NCBI RefSeq assembly: GCF_009914755.1
Contig: NC_060925.1
Direction: 5' to 3' (one strand)
Origin: the human T2T-CHM13v2.0 reference genome, Homo sapiens
DNA: 64,000 nt
Shown: positions 13,790-26,923 of the stretch, in pieces
Layout of the letters: every line of letters starts with the position of its first letter
How positions within the stretch are numbered: the stretch's first letter is position 1
The notes under the pieces: generated by a model
What the model was told of the DNA's origin: nothing
The model's database searches: none
The model's input: only the letters and a program-made list of their open reading frames with translations
Translations under genes and position numbers: made by a program

Positions 13790-14312
13790 TGGTTACCATT
13801 ACTCTTCAGGTAATTATCTAAATCTTGAATTCGATTGTATGTCCTACTTCAGTTCTACTCTACCTCTAGAGTGATATGATGTTATTACAATTTTATTTGT
13901 TCCCTATGCTACATTCATGTGAACTTTCATTTCTTATTGTTCCAAGCTCATTTCAGTATAAACAATTTATGGAATGTTTGTCAAAAGCGACCCCATATGC
14001 ATGTTTCCATTAACTGATTTATTCAATTTTCAGCTCAATTGCCACTTTATAAAAAGAAGCTTCCATTTATTTATCATTTTTTAAATGTCCATTATACATA
14101 CATTTTCTGTAATTCTTCTCTTTAGAAATTATTAGAGCAGAAAGTTGTATATGTTTAAGATTATTTAATTAACTCTTTAATTCTATAACTTAATTCCATA
14201 AAGGTCCATGAAAGTAAGAATCATGTATGATTTTTCTCAAAATTAATTTCTAGCCCATACCACAAATGTTATGTGGTAGAGTTTTGTAAATAATTGCTGA
14301 ATAGATAAATGG
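13790..14312 (+). mobile_element. L2 3' region, degenerate
   Basis: ccataaaggtccatgaaagtaagaatcatgt...ttctagcccataccaca...gtagagttttgtaaataattgctgaatagataaatg resembles the L2 3' end. Confidence 0.45.
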
Positions 14313-14438
14313 TTCTCAAAAATATTTATGATATAAATTGAATTAGATTTCATTTTTACATAGTTTTTCCCATTGTATTATAATGCCCTTTTCCAACAAT
14401 ATTCACAAAAACAAAGACACTATTATTGTAGTTACACT

Positions 14439-14444
14439 GTATTT

Positions 14445-14491
<47 letters not shown>

Positions 14492-14776
14492 TGTAGACAC
14501 AGTCTGTCTCTGTCACCCAGGCTGGAGTGCAGTGGAGCAATCTTGTCTCACTGGCAACCTCCACCTTCTGTGTTCAAGCGATTCTCCAGCCTCAGCCTCT
14601 GAAGTAGCTGGGATTACAGGCACATGACCACCATGCCCAGCTAATTTTGGTACTTTTAGTAAAGCCAGGGTTTCACCAGGTTGGCCGGGTTGGTCAGGAA
14701 CTCCTGATGTCAGGTGATCCGCCGCCTCAACCTCCCAAAGTGCTGGGATTACAGGTGTGAGGCACCACGCCAGGCT
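14439..14776 (-). mobile_element. Full-length AluS (Sx/Sz-like) with (TTTA)n tail and 16-bp TSD
   Basis: Both arms present; (ttta)n at ~14444-14491; TSD ttattgtagttacact at 14423-14438 and 14780-14795. Confidence 0.93.
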
Positions 14777-17109
14777 CCTTTATTGTAGTTACACTTTATG
14801 ATGCTATTGACATTAGATCATAGACTAATGTTGCTCCTGAGAGTTGGGCAGCATGATGCAACTGAGTGAACAGTATGTAAACTACCAAGAATATTAAATT
14901 ATAATTTGTATTGACATAAAAAAGTAGTAACTTGAGATGTAAGGAAAGCTGGAATAATTCTGTATTTTTAAAACATAAGGATTCTAACAGACCAAAACAA
15001 ATTACGTATAAAACAGAAATATTTACTGGCTAACTCTAATTTCCAAAGTGATGGTGAAGAAAAAAAACAAAAACAAATCTCATAAACCAACTCTTCCTTG
15101 GGCTAATGATTTCTAAAATGTAATGCAAGTTACATAAAACTTCTGAAATATTTCCATAGTCATAAAATGCTTCTGTGGGTTAATTTAAAATCAATTCTCT
15201 AGCTAATTGGTACAAAAGCCAGTGAAAGCTGCTACTGATTTTTGAGAAGACTCAAATAGAAAACAGTCATTTGCCAAATCCTCTGATAGTGAGATTCACA
15301 AGCATAATTATGTGCCAGGTTTTCATCTCTAATCTAAACCCCAGTGAACATTTACTTTGAAGGAATCAATAATAAATTCAAAGAGAGGACAGAATCCATA
15401 GGGTGAGAATAAAAGATCAACATCTGGCTTCAAGTCTTCTAGTGTGCATGTATCCAAGCAATTACACAGACTGAGCAACTGAGAATTGAGTTTACAATCT
15501 TATTGCAAATTTTTAAAGAACTTCAAACTTTAGTCTTTTCATTTTCTTGTGACTTAATCTATGTTCACGTTCCAGCCTGTCCTCTGAATTCTTCAGAACG
15601 GATTTATTTTTCTAATGTCATATGTGCCTTAGGCAGCATCCAGCTATCAGGTCTCTGCACACCTAGGAGCTAATTGGTGGAACTGCTTTCCATAAAATAT
15701 TCATACCAGTAACTATTTTTAAAGTTAATTTAAAAACTACTTCTCTTTCATTTTAATCTCAAATATTGCTAGTGAAATTTTATGTGATATCTTTACTTAC
15801 AATCCCAAAAGGTATTGAAAGTTATGAACTTTCCTTAGAGGAAAAGATGGTATAACTTCATAGTCACTGCCTCATTATCCTATACTGCAGTTTGGCTTTG
15901 AACCACCAATCCCAGAAGACATTACAATAAGTTATATATGCATTTTCTTGAAAGAAATATGATATATTCAAGTAAAATATATTTAATTTTCTGTAAGTTC
16001 CTTGGCTCTGAAAACGATAAAACAAAATGTAATACCGTTATACAAAAATTAGCACATCTCTATTCCTTAATTTTGTTTCATTTTGTGTTTTTAAGTAATT
16101 AGACCTGTTTATACTTCTAAGAATTATTACACAAAGATAACACTGCATTTCAGAGGGCCCTGAAATTTACTGTAAATAATTTCTTTTACTTGAGAATGAG
16201 TGTAAGCACACACCCAAATTCTAGCTCGAACAGAATTTACTTAATATTTTAAGGTTCAATTTTCATCAACAGAATTAGAATAATAATACTAACATCATAA
16301 TATTAATAGAATGATTAAATTTGGTAATATATTTAAAATTCCTCCAAAACTTGAAAATTAAATAAGTGCTACCAATCGCAACATTAGTTTCCTTTGATTA
16401 TGAGCCTCAGTGATTATATGTGTGCCTATATTAGAATTATTTTTACTGCAATAAAGAAATATATTATGAAAGAACTGTTCAAGTCTTATGTGTTTATTGG
16501 CACCTATTAAAAAAGTAATTAATAAAATTTAATATAAATGTATTGCAAACATTTGATTTTCTAAATATTGTTTAAAGCCCTCTTTCGCAGAAAAACCATA
16601 AAGCATGTTGTTTTTACAAAAATTAAAGAAAGTAGAAACTGAGAGGAAATATATGTATGATCAAATATAACTTGTAAAGCTAAATATTGGCTCTAAATGG
16701 CAGCGATTTAAGTCCTGAAAGTAGATATTTCATGCCATACTGATGAGCATAATATCAAAAAATAATGTTTCCTGGATAGTTTTTTACTGTGTTTATGTCC
16801 TATGCCTTGTATGAAAAGAACTTATGAACTATAAACAGAATTATGTTGTCTCCAAAGAGATCAGGGAACACACATTAGACACCACTCTCCGTAAACCTAC
16901 TTAAAATGAACTAAAAATATTTAGCCTGTGAGGCTATTGACTTTGACTAATAATTCTAATAATAATTAGAATCACTCTTTTTTTAGATATATAAATTTCA
17001 CAACTGAAATGGATTTGGTAATGATAATATTGTCTTTATACTACAGTTATCATTTGCAGCAATAATAAATGTAGACGGTTTCTTACAATACATTAGATAG
17101 ATAATATTA

Positions 17110-17160
17110 ACACACACATATATATACACACACACACACGGACATATATACACATACATG
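17110..17160. repeat. Compound (CA)n/(TA)n microsatellite; similar tract at 17604-17650
   Basis: Directly visible. Confidence 0.85.
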
Positions 17161-17164
17161 AAAT

Positions 17165-17261
17165 TATGAAATTCTGGAATTGAGCTCAGAAATTTGCATT
17201 TTAACAAGCCCTATTTTAACAAGATGTTTCTGATGCATGTCAAAATTTGAGATGTACCAGT
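17165..17261 (+). mobile_element. MER5A right half
   Basis: gagctcagaaatttgcattttaacaagcc...tttctgatgcatgtcaaaatttgagatgtaccag. Confidence 0.65.
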
Positions 17262-17269
17262 TTAAACAG

Positions 17270-17500
17270 GTGTCTTTTACATTTACTCATTTATTTACCT
17301 TTTTGAAGATCTTAATTCTTCTTATACCTTCTTTAGACTACCTGAGATAGTTTTTATTCAGCCTGAAGAATTTCCTACAGTATTTTGGTAGCGTTGCTCT
17401 ACAGAGACTAATACTATTAGCTGTTGTTTGTCTAAGAACATCTTTATTATGACTTTTATTTTGAAGGTTATTTTTAGTTGGGTATAAAATTCTAGATTTG
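17270..17500 (-). mobile_element. Old L1M ORF1 C-terminal fragment
   Basis: ttcagcctgaagaatttcctacagtattt...tttgtctaagaacatctttatt...ttttgaaggttatttttagttgggtataaaattctag. Confidence 0.6.
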
Positions 17501-18120
17501 CATATTTGGGGTGGGAAGGCTTCAAGCCAGTTCCCAAACTGAATCAGCAAATTCTGTAGATAAGAAGGCAATCAGTAATGAAATTATCAATGAAACCACT
17601 CTCATATATATATATGTATATATATATACACACACACACATATGTACATAATTTTGTTCCCACAAATGTTATTCTTGAGATTTTTTATTTTTTAAAAAAA
17701 TTATTGCAACAGTTTTAGAACAAGTATTGTTTCTTAACCATTCCAATCAACAAATTAAATTTCATTTATAGTGATAATAACAACTGAGGTAAATTCTCTT
17801 CTATTATAAGCCAGTTATTTTGAGAATGAAAGTAACAGTTTGGAAACAAGACTTTTAAGCCTCCTATAGTTCCTACTATGGAAGGATGCAACTATCATGC
17901 CTCATTCATTGCACTAAAGATTATTTAAGAAAATGCAAAATCTATAAAATAAAGACATTTTAACTACTAAACCAAGTAAACAATGAAAAATAATAATTCA
18001 GAAAATGATTAAGAAAACTTATTTGATAGAAGACAAACGAGTCTACACATCAAAATGCTTCTTCAAGAGCCAGAATAATTTACTTTTAATATATATAAAA
18101 ACATTAGTTTGTGTTATCGT

Positions 18121-19784
18121 TGTGTCCGGAATTGGTGGGTTCTTGGTCTCACTGACTTCAAGAATGAAACCGCGGACCCTCGCGGTGAGTGTTACAGCTC
18201 TTAAGGTGGCGCGTCTGGAGTTTGTTCCTTCTTGTGTTCCGATGTGTTCAGAGTTTCTTCCTTCTGGTGAGTTCGTGGTCTCGCTGGCTCAGGAGTGAAG
18301 CTGCAGACCTTCACGGTGTTACAGCTCTTAAGGCGGCACGTCTGGAGTTGTGTGTTCCTCCCGGTGGGCTCGTGGTCTCGCTGGCTTCAGGAGTGAAGCT
18401 GCAGACTTTTGCCATGACCGTTACAACTCATAAAAGCAGTGTGGACCCAAAGAGTGAGCAGCAGCAAAATTTATTGCAAAGAGTGAAAGAACAAAGCTTC
18501 CACAGTGTGGAAGGGGACCCGAGGGGGTTGCCACTGCTGGCTCGGGCAGCCTGCTTTTATTCTCTTATCTGGCCCCACCCACATCCTGCTGATTGGTAGA
18601 GCCGAGTGGTCTGTTTTGACAGGGTGCTGATTGGTGCGTTTACAATACCTGAGCTAGATACAAAGGTTCTCCTGGTCCCCATCAGATTAGTTAGATACGG
18701 AGTATGGACACAAAGGTTCTCCAAGGCCCCACCAGAGCAGCTAGATACAGAGTGTCGATTGGTGCATTCACAAATCCTGAGCTAGACACAGGGTGCTGAT
18801 TGGTGTGTTTACAAACCTTGAGCTAGATACAGAGTGCTGATTGGTGTATTTACAATCCCTGAGCTAGACATAAAGGTTCTCCAAGGCCCCACCAGAGCAG
18901 CTAGATACAGAGTGTCCATTGATGCACTCACAAACCTTGAGCTAAACACAAGGTGCTGATTGGTGTGTTTACAATCCCTGAGCTAGACACAAAGGTTCTC
19001 CAAGGCCCCACCAGAGCAGCTAGATACAGAGTGTCCATTGGTGCACTCACAAACCTTGAGCTAAACACAAGGTGCTGATTGGTGTGTTTACAATCCCTGA
19101 GCTAGACATAAAGACTCTCCACGTCCCCACCAGACTCAGGAGCCCAGCTGGCTTCACCTAGTGGATCCCGCACCAAGGCTGCAAGTGGAGCTTCCTGTCA
19201 GTCCTGCGCCGTGCGCTCGCACTCCTCAGTCCTTGGGTGGTCGGTGGGACTGGGCGCCCTGGAGCAGGGGGTGGTGCTAGTAGGGGAGGCTTGGGCCGCA
19301 CAGGAGCCCATGGAGTGGGTGGGAGGCTCAGGCATGGCGGGCTGCAGGTCTGGAGCCCTGCCCCGCAGGAAGGAAGCTAAGGCTCCGTGAGAAATCGAGC
19401 GCAGCGCCGGTGGGCCGGCACTGCCGGGGGACCCAGTACACCTTCCGCAGCCGCTGGCCCGGGTGCTAAGTCCCTCATTGCCCGGGGCCAGCAGGGCTGG
19501 CCGGCTGCTCCGAGTGCGGGGCCCGCCAAGCCCATACCCACCCGGAACCCCAGCTGGCCCGCAAGCGCCGCACGCAGCCCCGGTTCCCGCTAGCGCTTCT
19601 CCCTCCATACCTCCCTGCAAGCTGAGGGAGTGGGCTCCGGCCTTGGCCAGCCCAGAAAGGGGCTCCCATAGTGCAGCGGTGGGCTGAAGGGCTCCTCAAG
19701 TGCCGCCAAAGTGGGAGCCCAGGCAGAGGAGGCGCCCAGAGCGAGCGAGGGCTGTGTGGACTGCGAGCACGCTGTCACCTCTCA
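18121..19784 (-). mobile_element. Solo LTR12C (ERV9/HERV9 LTR), full length, 1664 bp
   Basis: Termini tgtgtccggaattggtgggttcttgg ... gcacgctgtcacctctca; tandem gctgattggtg/gagctagataca enhancer repeats; 4-bp TSD tcgt (18117-18120) / tcat (19785-19788) differing by one CpG-type transition. Confidence 0.96.
18520..19135 (-). promoter_or_regulatory. ERV9 LTR U3 enhancer/promoter (NF-Y CCAAT and GATA repeats, CACCC box, AATAAA TATA-like box)
   Basis: About 8 attgg (CCAAT on - strand) and many tagata motifs at 18590-19085; ggccccaccc at 18571; tttatt at 18556-18561; this is the established ERV9 promoter layout, but activity here is unknown. Confidence 0.7.
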
Positions 19785-19939
19785 TCATTACAAAACAACA
19801 AAACAGAAACCATCAAAAGCACGCATTAGCTAAGTTTGCAAAAAATATGAAAATATCGAATTGCCATTATAACTATTTGTAATACAAAGAAGTAAAGAAA
19901 GGGCCAGAAGAAAAGAAAGGAATGGAAGGGAGAAAAGAA

Positions 19940-20813
19940 GTCAGGCTTTACAGAAAAGAAGAGGAAAATGAAGGACAGGACGGGAGACATGGGAGCCTTC
20001 CAGCCATTGCACCTTGTAGGGTTAATTCCCTCACCACTCTCATTTTTCTCCTGCCAGGGAGAGCCTCAGCACTCCAGACCTGCTACACCTTGTGTGGGAC
20101 AAATCTCTCCCACCTCTGCAAGTCACCTGTCAAGGTGAACTGTTTTCAGGCAGAGGGAGCTTTTGGCTAAGTTGGAAAAGGGGGAAAGAGAGAGATACAG
20201 AGAGAGACAGAATGAATTAAGGTCCACATACAAAAGGCACATATTCACAGTCACATGTACAAATAAATGACGTACCTCCATAGAAACTCCCGTTTAAGAG
20301 GCTGGGTAGAGTGTCAAATCCCTCACCTCAGATTCAAACGCCTTCCCTCCCCACCTTACCCACGGGCGACTAAGTCCAAACCGAGAAAAGCCCCACAGGT
20401 GCCACAAATACAAACGCATAAAATGCTCAAATGGTTTCACTAGCGGCCAAGTCTAAATAGAGCAGAGCCCCAGCAACAGTTCAAAGGGGGCAGAGGGTGT
20501 TCGGGTGCACTCCAACTGAGTCACTCAGTTCTGAAGTTCAAAGTTCCAAAATTCTAGTTTCAAAGTTTGTCCACTTCTCTAAAGATCACTTTGTTTGAAC
20601 CAACGAAGCACTGAAGGCAACAGACACTGCAACAGGAAAAGAAAGAGAGGATCCCCCTAAGACAGCCTCAAGGAAACTCCCCACCGTTCCAGCTAAGGGG
20701 TCAGCTAGCCACAAGCAGCTGTATTTCACAGGCAGCAGGCAGCCCCATGGTTTGTCTGATGGAAACCAGACCCTCCGGCTCAGCCCCCGGAGCACACAGG
20801 GCATGTCACCAAC
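19940..20813 (-). mobile_element. ERV1 (MER4-group-like) internal leader region with degenerate PBS
   Basis: gtcaccaa next to the LTR end reads TGGTGAC... on the - strand (PBS position); GC-balanced leader-like sequence; left edge approximate. Confidence 0.55.
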
Positions 20814-21403
20814 TGAACAAATCAGTTCCGGATGCTCATTGCTTGCAGAGTCCAATTAACAAGAGTGAGGTCTGGGAGAAAGTAACTTATTAACCAAACC
20901 TAGCAAAGGGGAAGCAGTTGGATTGCCATCCAAAGTAACTACTTTGACTTTTTAGGGGCGTGGGAGGAAAGGCAGGGGTTTAAAAAGGAAAACTTGATAA
21001 GGAAGGCGTGTAAGAATGGGGATGAGTATAATGGCTGTGTGTCTTCTTCAGCTGCTTATCTTGAGTTGCAGTCCACCTGGACCTCAGGCTGACAGCATGT
21101 CAACAATGGCTGGGTTGTTAATTAGCCAGCTTGAAGCAATCTCTGGAACTTTGCAGCTGGGTCTGCAGAATTGGTCTACCTGTCTCCAGATTAGTCCCTG
21201 GAACATTTAAGAAGACATGTAATTAGATACTAGCACACAGTTAGATAAATGTAAAGGGAGTATATATGTTGAAAAGGGGAGGGATATGGAGTCTATTTTA
21301 AGGTTCATTAAAAAAAAGGTTCTGTATTTTGCCTCAAGGTTGTATCTTTAAATGCAAGAGAAGGAAAAAAAAATGCATTTTGAAGTCAAGTGGCTGGGCT
21401 ACA
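20814..21403 (-). mobile_element. ERV1 LTR (MER4-group-like), ~590 bp; exact family not assigned
   Basis: TG...CA termini; - strand begins tgtagcccagccacttgacttcaaaatgcatttt; cagagtccaattaacaagag near the U5 end; PBS-like motif adjacent. Confidence 0.65.
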
Positions 21404-21747
21404 AGCAAAGAGCCCCGTTTTTAGTTCCATACTTTAGTTGCAAAGAGCCACTTAAAATGGCATATGATAACCAAGGCAGCCCATATTCAATGACTAATTG
21501 AGGTGGAGGCACAAAGATCCTTATATTTTGGCCAATGTGGGATTATTCTAACTGGATTTTTGTGTTCCAGTTCTCACAATATAAGGTTGACCAAGGCTTT
21601 GTTGAGCTTGCATCATAGTTTAACTTCTTTCTCTGCCCAACCACATACCTTCATCCCCATCTTTTTCACAAATACTTATCACTTATAAACATTATGCATG
21701 CTAAATTCCATCTCAGTGTCTACTTGTGAAAAACACAACCTGTGGCA
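21404..21747 (+). mobile_element. LTR16C-like (ERVL) LTR, 3' portion
   Basis: ttgcatcatagtttaacttctttctctgcccaa...ataaacattatgcatgctaaattccatctcagtgtctacttg...acaacctgtggca matches the LTR16 3' end. Confidence 0.72.
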
Positions 21748-22099
21748 TATACAGCCCACTGTGACACTAAAGAAATGAAAAGACAAAAAGGAAGAGTCCA
21801 GGTAGAGATGCATGCTAGGTATTGAAACTTCCTGTATATAATACTTACATAGAAAACAATGTGATATTTTATCTACTTACATTATTACAAAACTTGATAC
21901 AGAATTTCTCACACAACAAAAAATCCTGGAGAGTGTTTATAAATACCTACAGTTGTCTTATTTATATGCTTGCTAATTTACTTGTTACAAATTGTATGCT
22001 CTATGAGAGCAGGGAAACTTTAAATTATACACATGACTGTATCTTCAAATAGCAATGAATGAAAAAGTGTCAAGCACACACTAGATTGCAGATCCTTCA

Positions 22100-22670
22100 G
22101 TATACTAAAGATAGAGAAAATATTAAAAGACAAACAGAAGACTGAAGGAAAGACACAAATGACTGTACACATATCAAAAGACACCCAATTTTATTAATAA
22201 TGAAGAACATTTAATTGTAAATGTTAAACTTTACTGTTAAGGAAAAGAATGCATCAGTGGGAATGCTCAGACTTTGATGATGTGAGTATACGTCATCAGA
22301 TGTGTAATGACACACTTCATTAGAAGGCAGTTTGGCATTATCAGAACAATTGAATTTGTGCTTACTTCGTGATCCTGGGATCTCCCTTTTAGGCCTAAAC
22401 CCTAAATACATTCTTGCATATTTGCTCAAGGAGACATGTAAAATTATATCCATAAAAACAATGTATGTAAGTTTAATAATGTAAGCAACTCAAATAACCA
22501 TCAACAGGATAATGGACAATTTTTGTACACTCATTCATGCAATAACTGACAGAAGTAAAAATCAATGACAAGTAATTTTATTAATAAGCAAGTATTATTC
22601 TGACAAATATAACACTGAGTGAAAAAAATGTCAGAGAAGGATATATATACTATATTATTAAAAATATATA
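22100..22670 (+). mobile_element. L1ME 3' fragment
   Basis: gaaggcagtttggcattatc...tcccttttaggcctaaaccctaaatacattcttgcatat...caaggagacatgta. Confidence 0.6.
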
Positions 22671-22675
22671 TTGTT

Positions 22676-22987
<312 letters not shown>

Positions 22988-23269
22988 TTAAAATTGTGAA
23001 AAGTATCTTAAGCTTTCACTGATAAGCAGATCTCCAAAGAGAAGTGTCTGGGCACGTAGGCATAGGAGCATGGCCAGGTAGGAGAACACTAGTTTTTGAC
23101 GGCAACTCGCTTCAGAGACTGAAATGCACTGGCCGTGCACTAAGTCTGATGTAGGGTAGACAACCTCTACCCTCCCACCTGCCAGGAAAGCAGGTGGTCA
23201 GACCTGAAAAATTAATTGCCTGTGGTCAGACCTGAAAAACTAATCATAGAGTTTGGACTAAAATTGAAG

Positions 23270-24848
23270 TTCTCAACGTTAATTTTCACAAATTCTCAGC
23301 CATTATTTTTTCAAATATGTATTCTCCCTCTTTCTCTCTTTCTGCTCCTCCAATTACAATTACACATGTTAGAACATTTGCTATTGTTTCACAGCTGTTG
23401 GATATCCTCCTTTTGTTCCCTAACTAGATTTTTTTTTCTTTATGTTTCAGCTTGGGTATTTCCCATTGAATAAGCATTAAGTTCACTGATACTTTCTTTT
23501 GCTGTGTTGATTATATTGAGGAGCTTAGAGAAGGGGTTCTTTCCCATTATGTATTTTAATTTCTATAAATTTCATTTAATTATTCTTATGATTTCCAATG
23601 GCTTGCTAAAATAACCAATTGGATCATGCACACTATCCTTCTATTTTTGAAGGTTTTAGAATTTTACATGTGTTAATTATTATTTTAAATTTCCTGCTTG
23701 ATAGTCACATAGTTTCAACATTTGTGTCACATCTGAATCTGGTTATAATAATTGTTCTTTCTCTTGAAGATGTTTTTTGTTTGTTTGTTTTTATTTTGCT
23801 GTGGATTTTTCTTTGCCTTTTTAAGCTCCCTTGTAAATTTTTGTTAAAAACTGACATGTTGTGTAGAGCAATAAATAATAGTAAAACTGAGGTAATAATT
23901 ACATGCTGCAAAATCATCACAACTTTTCTTTTGCTTAAGCCTTTAGTTCAGGAATTTTTAACCTTGTATCTAGGGTGGTTGGTACTTTATAGGGGCACAA
24001 TTTATTAACATAAGATTCAGAATTTTAGGTTTTACTTTCTGCTGTAACTCAGAGACAGTATTGTTTTATGTTCTTTCCCTTTTGGCCATCTCCTAACAGT
24101 GTGCTGCTGTCATTGTAACTCAAGTAATCTGGTTTGGTTGTAGTGTGAGGGTAATGGAGTATCTGTTCTTCTCTTTAAGACTCAGCCTCAGGCATGCACA
24201 ATGTCTCTGGCCTTGTGCATGTGTATAGCTTTCTCAGTTCTCCTTTCTTCTACTGCTTTAAGTTCTGAGCTCAGCGCCTAATCCTTACCCTCTTCCAGAT
24301 GTAAGCTTTATCTCTCCCTCCTCCTTGCTGTCCCTCAGCTGAAATGAGGGTTCACCAATGCATTTGGTCTAGCTGCTAGCAGCATTAGTCTTCCTTCTAC
24401 GCATTGTTTTTTGTGTAGTTAGAAAGGTAGGTTCTTGGAGGAGTTGTTTGTCCCTTCTATGTGGCCACTGTTCCTCTCCTCCAGGTCTGCACCACAATCG
24501 ACACAGCTCAGGGCTTTTTGGTTCTGTTCTGTGAGGTGTGGTAGGGTTTGTGGAGAAATGACAGATAAGAGGGTACAAACTTAGCCACATTTCTACAGCC
24601 CAAAAAAGTTCCACAATGTCTCTACAATTTCTTACTGGTGTGTGATTGCATCTAACACTGTTGACTGCGTGAGCACCTCCTCTTTCCTGCAGGCAGTGTC
24701 TTTCTTTAGAATTTGGATCAGTTCACTTGGTGACCATAGCTTTTTAATGAGCTCACAAAGTCATGAAGTTAATTCAGCTTTTTTATTGCTGTTGTAAAAG
24801 CAGGAATTCCTTCTAGCTTTCTACATTCTGGAGAGGAACCTAGATGTG
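23270..24848 (-). mobile_element. Old L1M (L1M4/L1MC/MD-like) 5'UTR and ORF1
   Basis: aaattctcagccattattttttcaaatat...ccaattacaattacacatgttaga; terminus ttctagctttctacattctggagaggaacctagatgt resembles an antisense L1M 5' end. Confidence 0.62.
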
Positions 24849-26410
24849 CAATAGTAAATTTTAGGTCAATAAAAGTTATTGTGTTTCTGTGAATGTGTAG
24901 GATTGCATATTACATACAATGCAGATGGAAATTGAATTCAGTTATTAGAGGCATTTTCTAAAATCTTTCATAAAATGGTTAACATTGTTTATTTTCCTTT
25001 GGGAAAAAGCAATTCTTAGTGCCATTTGTAGGACCAATTATTGATTTGACAGGTTAAATAATTAAGGGCTCAGAAAGTGTCTGAAATGCAAAGCTAATGC
25101 AAATCACTTACTGATAACAATTTAGAAAATATCAGTGGTTTTCCATCAACAATTAAATAGATTATACCGCATTCTGAGGCCACTGTGAAATAATTTGAGA
25201 AATGTTAATTTGATCCAGGATGTAATCAACGTTAATTGGTTAGAAATAGCAATGTAAATTTAATCAATAATAATATTTCAATTTTGTGATTCCTTTCCTT
25301 TTAATGAGTACAACTCTGTCATTAGTAAGTGAAACCTTCGGTATACAAATTACAGGACAATACAAATTGACTCAAAAGAGTTCAAATATATTGCAGGATA
25401 ATGACATTTACTCAAAAAAGGTTCAAATTCATTAACCCTACAACTCAAATGATATTAACCTATGTCAGGTGGGTGAAAATAGCAGGCAGGTGTCACAGAG
25501 AATTTCCTTAGGAAGCTATATAGAAATCAGAGAACAACTCATGCTAAGAGCTCTCTTTCATATTCTCAATTACTTTAAAATATTTTACCTATTTTCAAAG
25601 AACCCCGGTAAACACAGTAAGCACATACACATCAATTTAACCAATATTTAATATTCTATTTTTCATATATCTCAATTTGAAGTACTGCTTTTGTGTTGAC
25701 TATTAAGTAATTATATATAGAAACTGATTCCTTTGCAGAAGCTATGCCATTGCTAACTTCACACTGTGATATTAGGCTATATGACAAGAAGGATGAATCA
25801 TCATTCTAGAGATCAAAGAACTAATTAATAGGAGAAATATAGGGGATAAAATAGGATTCAGTGGATTAATGCCATAATAGAAGAATGGGCAATTTAATTT
25901 GGGTATGTCTTATAAGAATTATTGATCTCTGCCTAATAATGACTAAAGAAAGACCAAGGTGGAGAGGTAAAGGAGTCAGACTCTATAATCCTCATAGTTT
26001 AATAGCAAATGCAAGAGGTTAAGGAAGGCCCTTGACTCAGATTTGGGGAGCATAAATTAAATTACCCCACATTTGGGGTAATATTTCTTTAAAACAAATA
26101 GCAATTCAGCCACATGAAATATTCATGGAGGTATTCCATATGTAATAAAACATAACAGCCCCAAGTGAGTTATGGTTTTGACATAAAAACGGGGTGTCAG
26201 TCTAAGATTTGTCTGCTACTAGCCCAGACCATGTACCCACCTTAGAAATTCTCTGCTACCCATTACATTTTTTTCAATAATTTTTTCTTTGTATTTCTTC
26301 AACACGTATTGTTTAATGCTTTGATACTCTTCACAAATATACTCATCTGGCTAAAAATACATATTGTTATGTAATTATTTAATAGTGGGTAAGTGTTTGA
26401 TTAACACTAT

Positions 26411-26923
26411 TGTGGGAGGCAGAATAATAATCTCAAGAAAGATGGCCATGTCTTAATCCCTGGAAACTGTGACTACATTAAGTTACATGACAAAGGAGAA
26501 TTAATGTAGCAAATGAAAATAAGGCAGCTACTAAAATAACCTTAAATCAAGGAGATTATCCTGAATTATTCAGGTAGGACCAGTGTAAACACTAAGGCCC
26601 TTAGTGAGAAAGTGTGAGACAAAAAAAGTCAGAGTAAGACAAGGAGATGCGATGATGGGAAACAAGGTCAGAAGGAAAACAACTTCTGGGTTTGAAGATG
26701 AACATGAGGGCCATGAGCCTCAGCTTATAGACTTTGTAAAAGACAGTGGAATAGATTCTCCCCCAAGAGCATCCCGAAAGAAACGCAGCACTGCAGATAC
26801 CTTGATTTTAGCCTAGTGAGACCCATCTTTGATGCTAAAATACAGAACTGTAAGATAATAAATTTGTGGTGTTTTAAGCTATTAGGTTTTTGGTAATTAG
26901 ATTTCAAGCACAAAACTGATACA
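26411..26923 (+). mobile_element. MLT1D-like MaLR solo LTR
   Basis: tgtgggaggcagaataat...aaagatggccatgtcttaatccctggaaactgtga...accttgattttagcctagtgagaccc...agaactgtaagataataaatttgtggtgttttaagc...aaactgataca. Confidence 0.85.

Noticed and set aside
18600-19130. Regularly spaced repeats that superficially resemble a CRISPR array
   Set aside because: These are ERV9 U3 enhancer repeats; the intervening sequences are themselves repeated, and the DNA is primate with no cas genes.
18005-19882. Cluster of overlapping 60-140 aa ORFs on both strands
   Set aside because: They overlap the GC-rich LTR12C, where stops are rare; no domain similarity.
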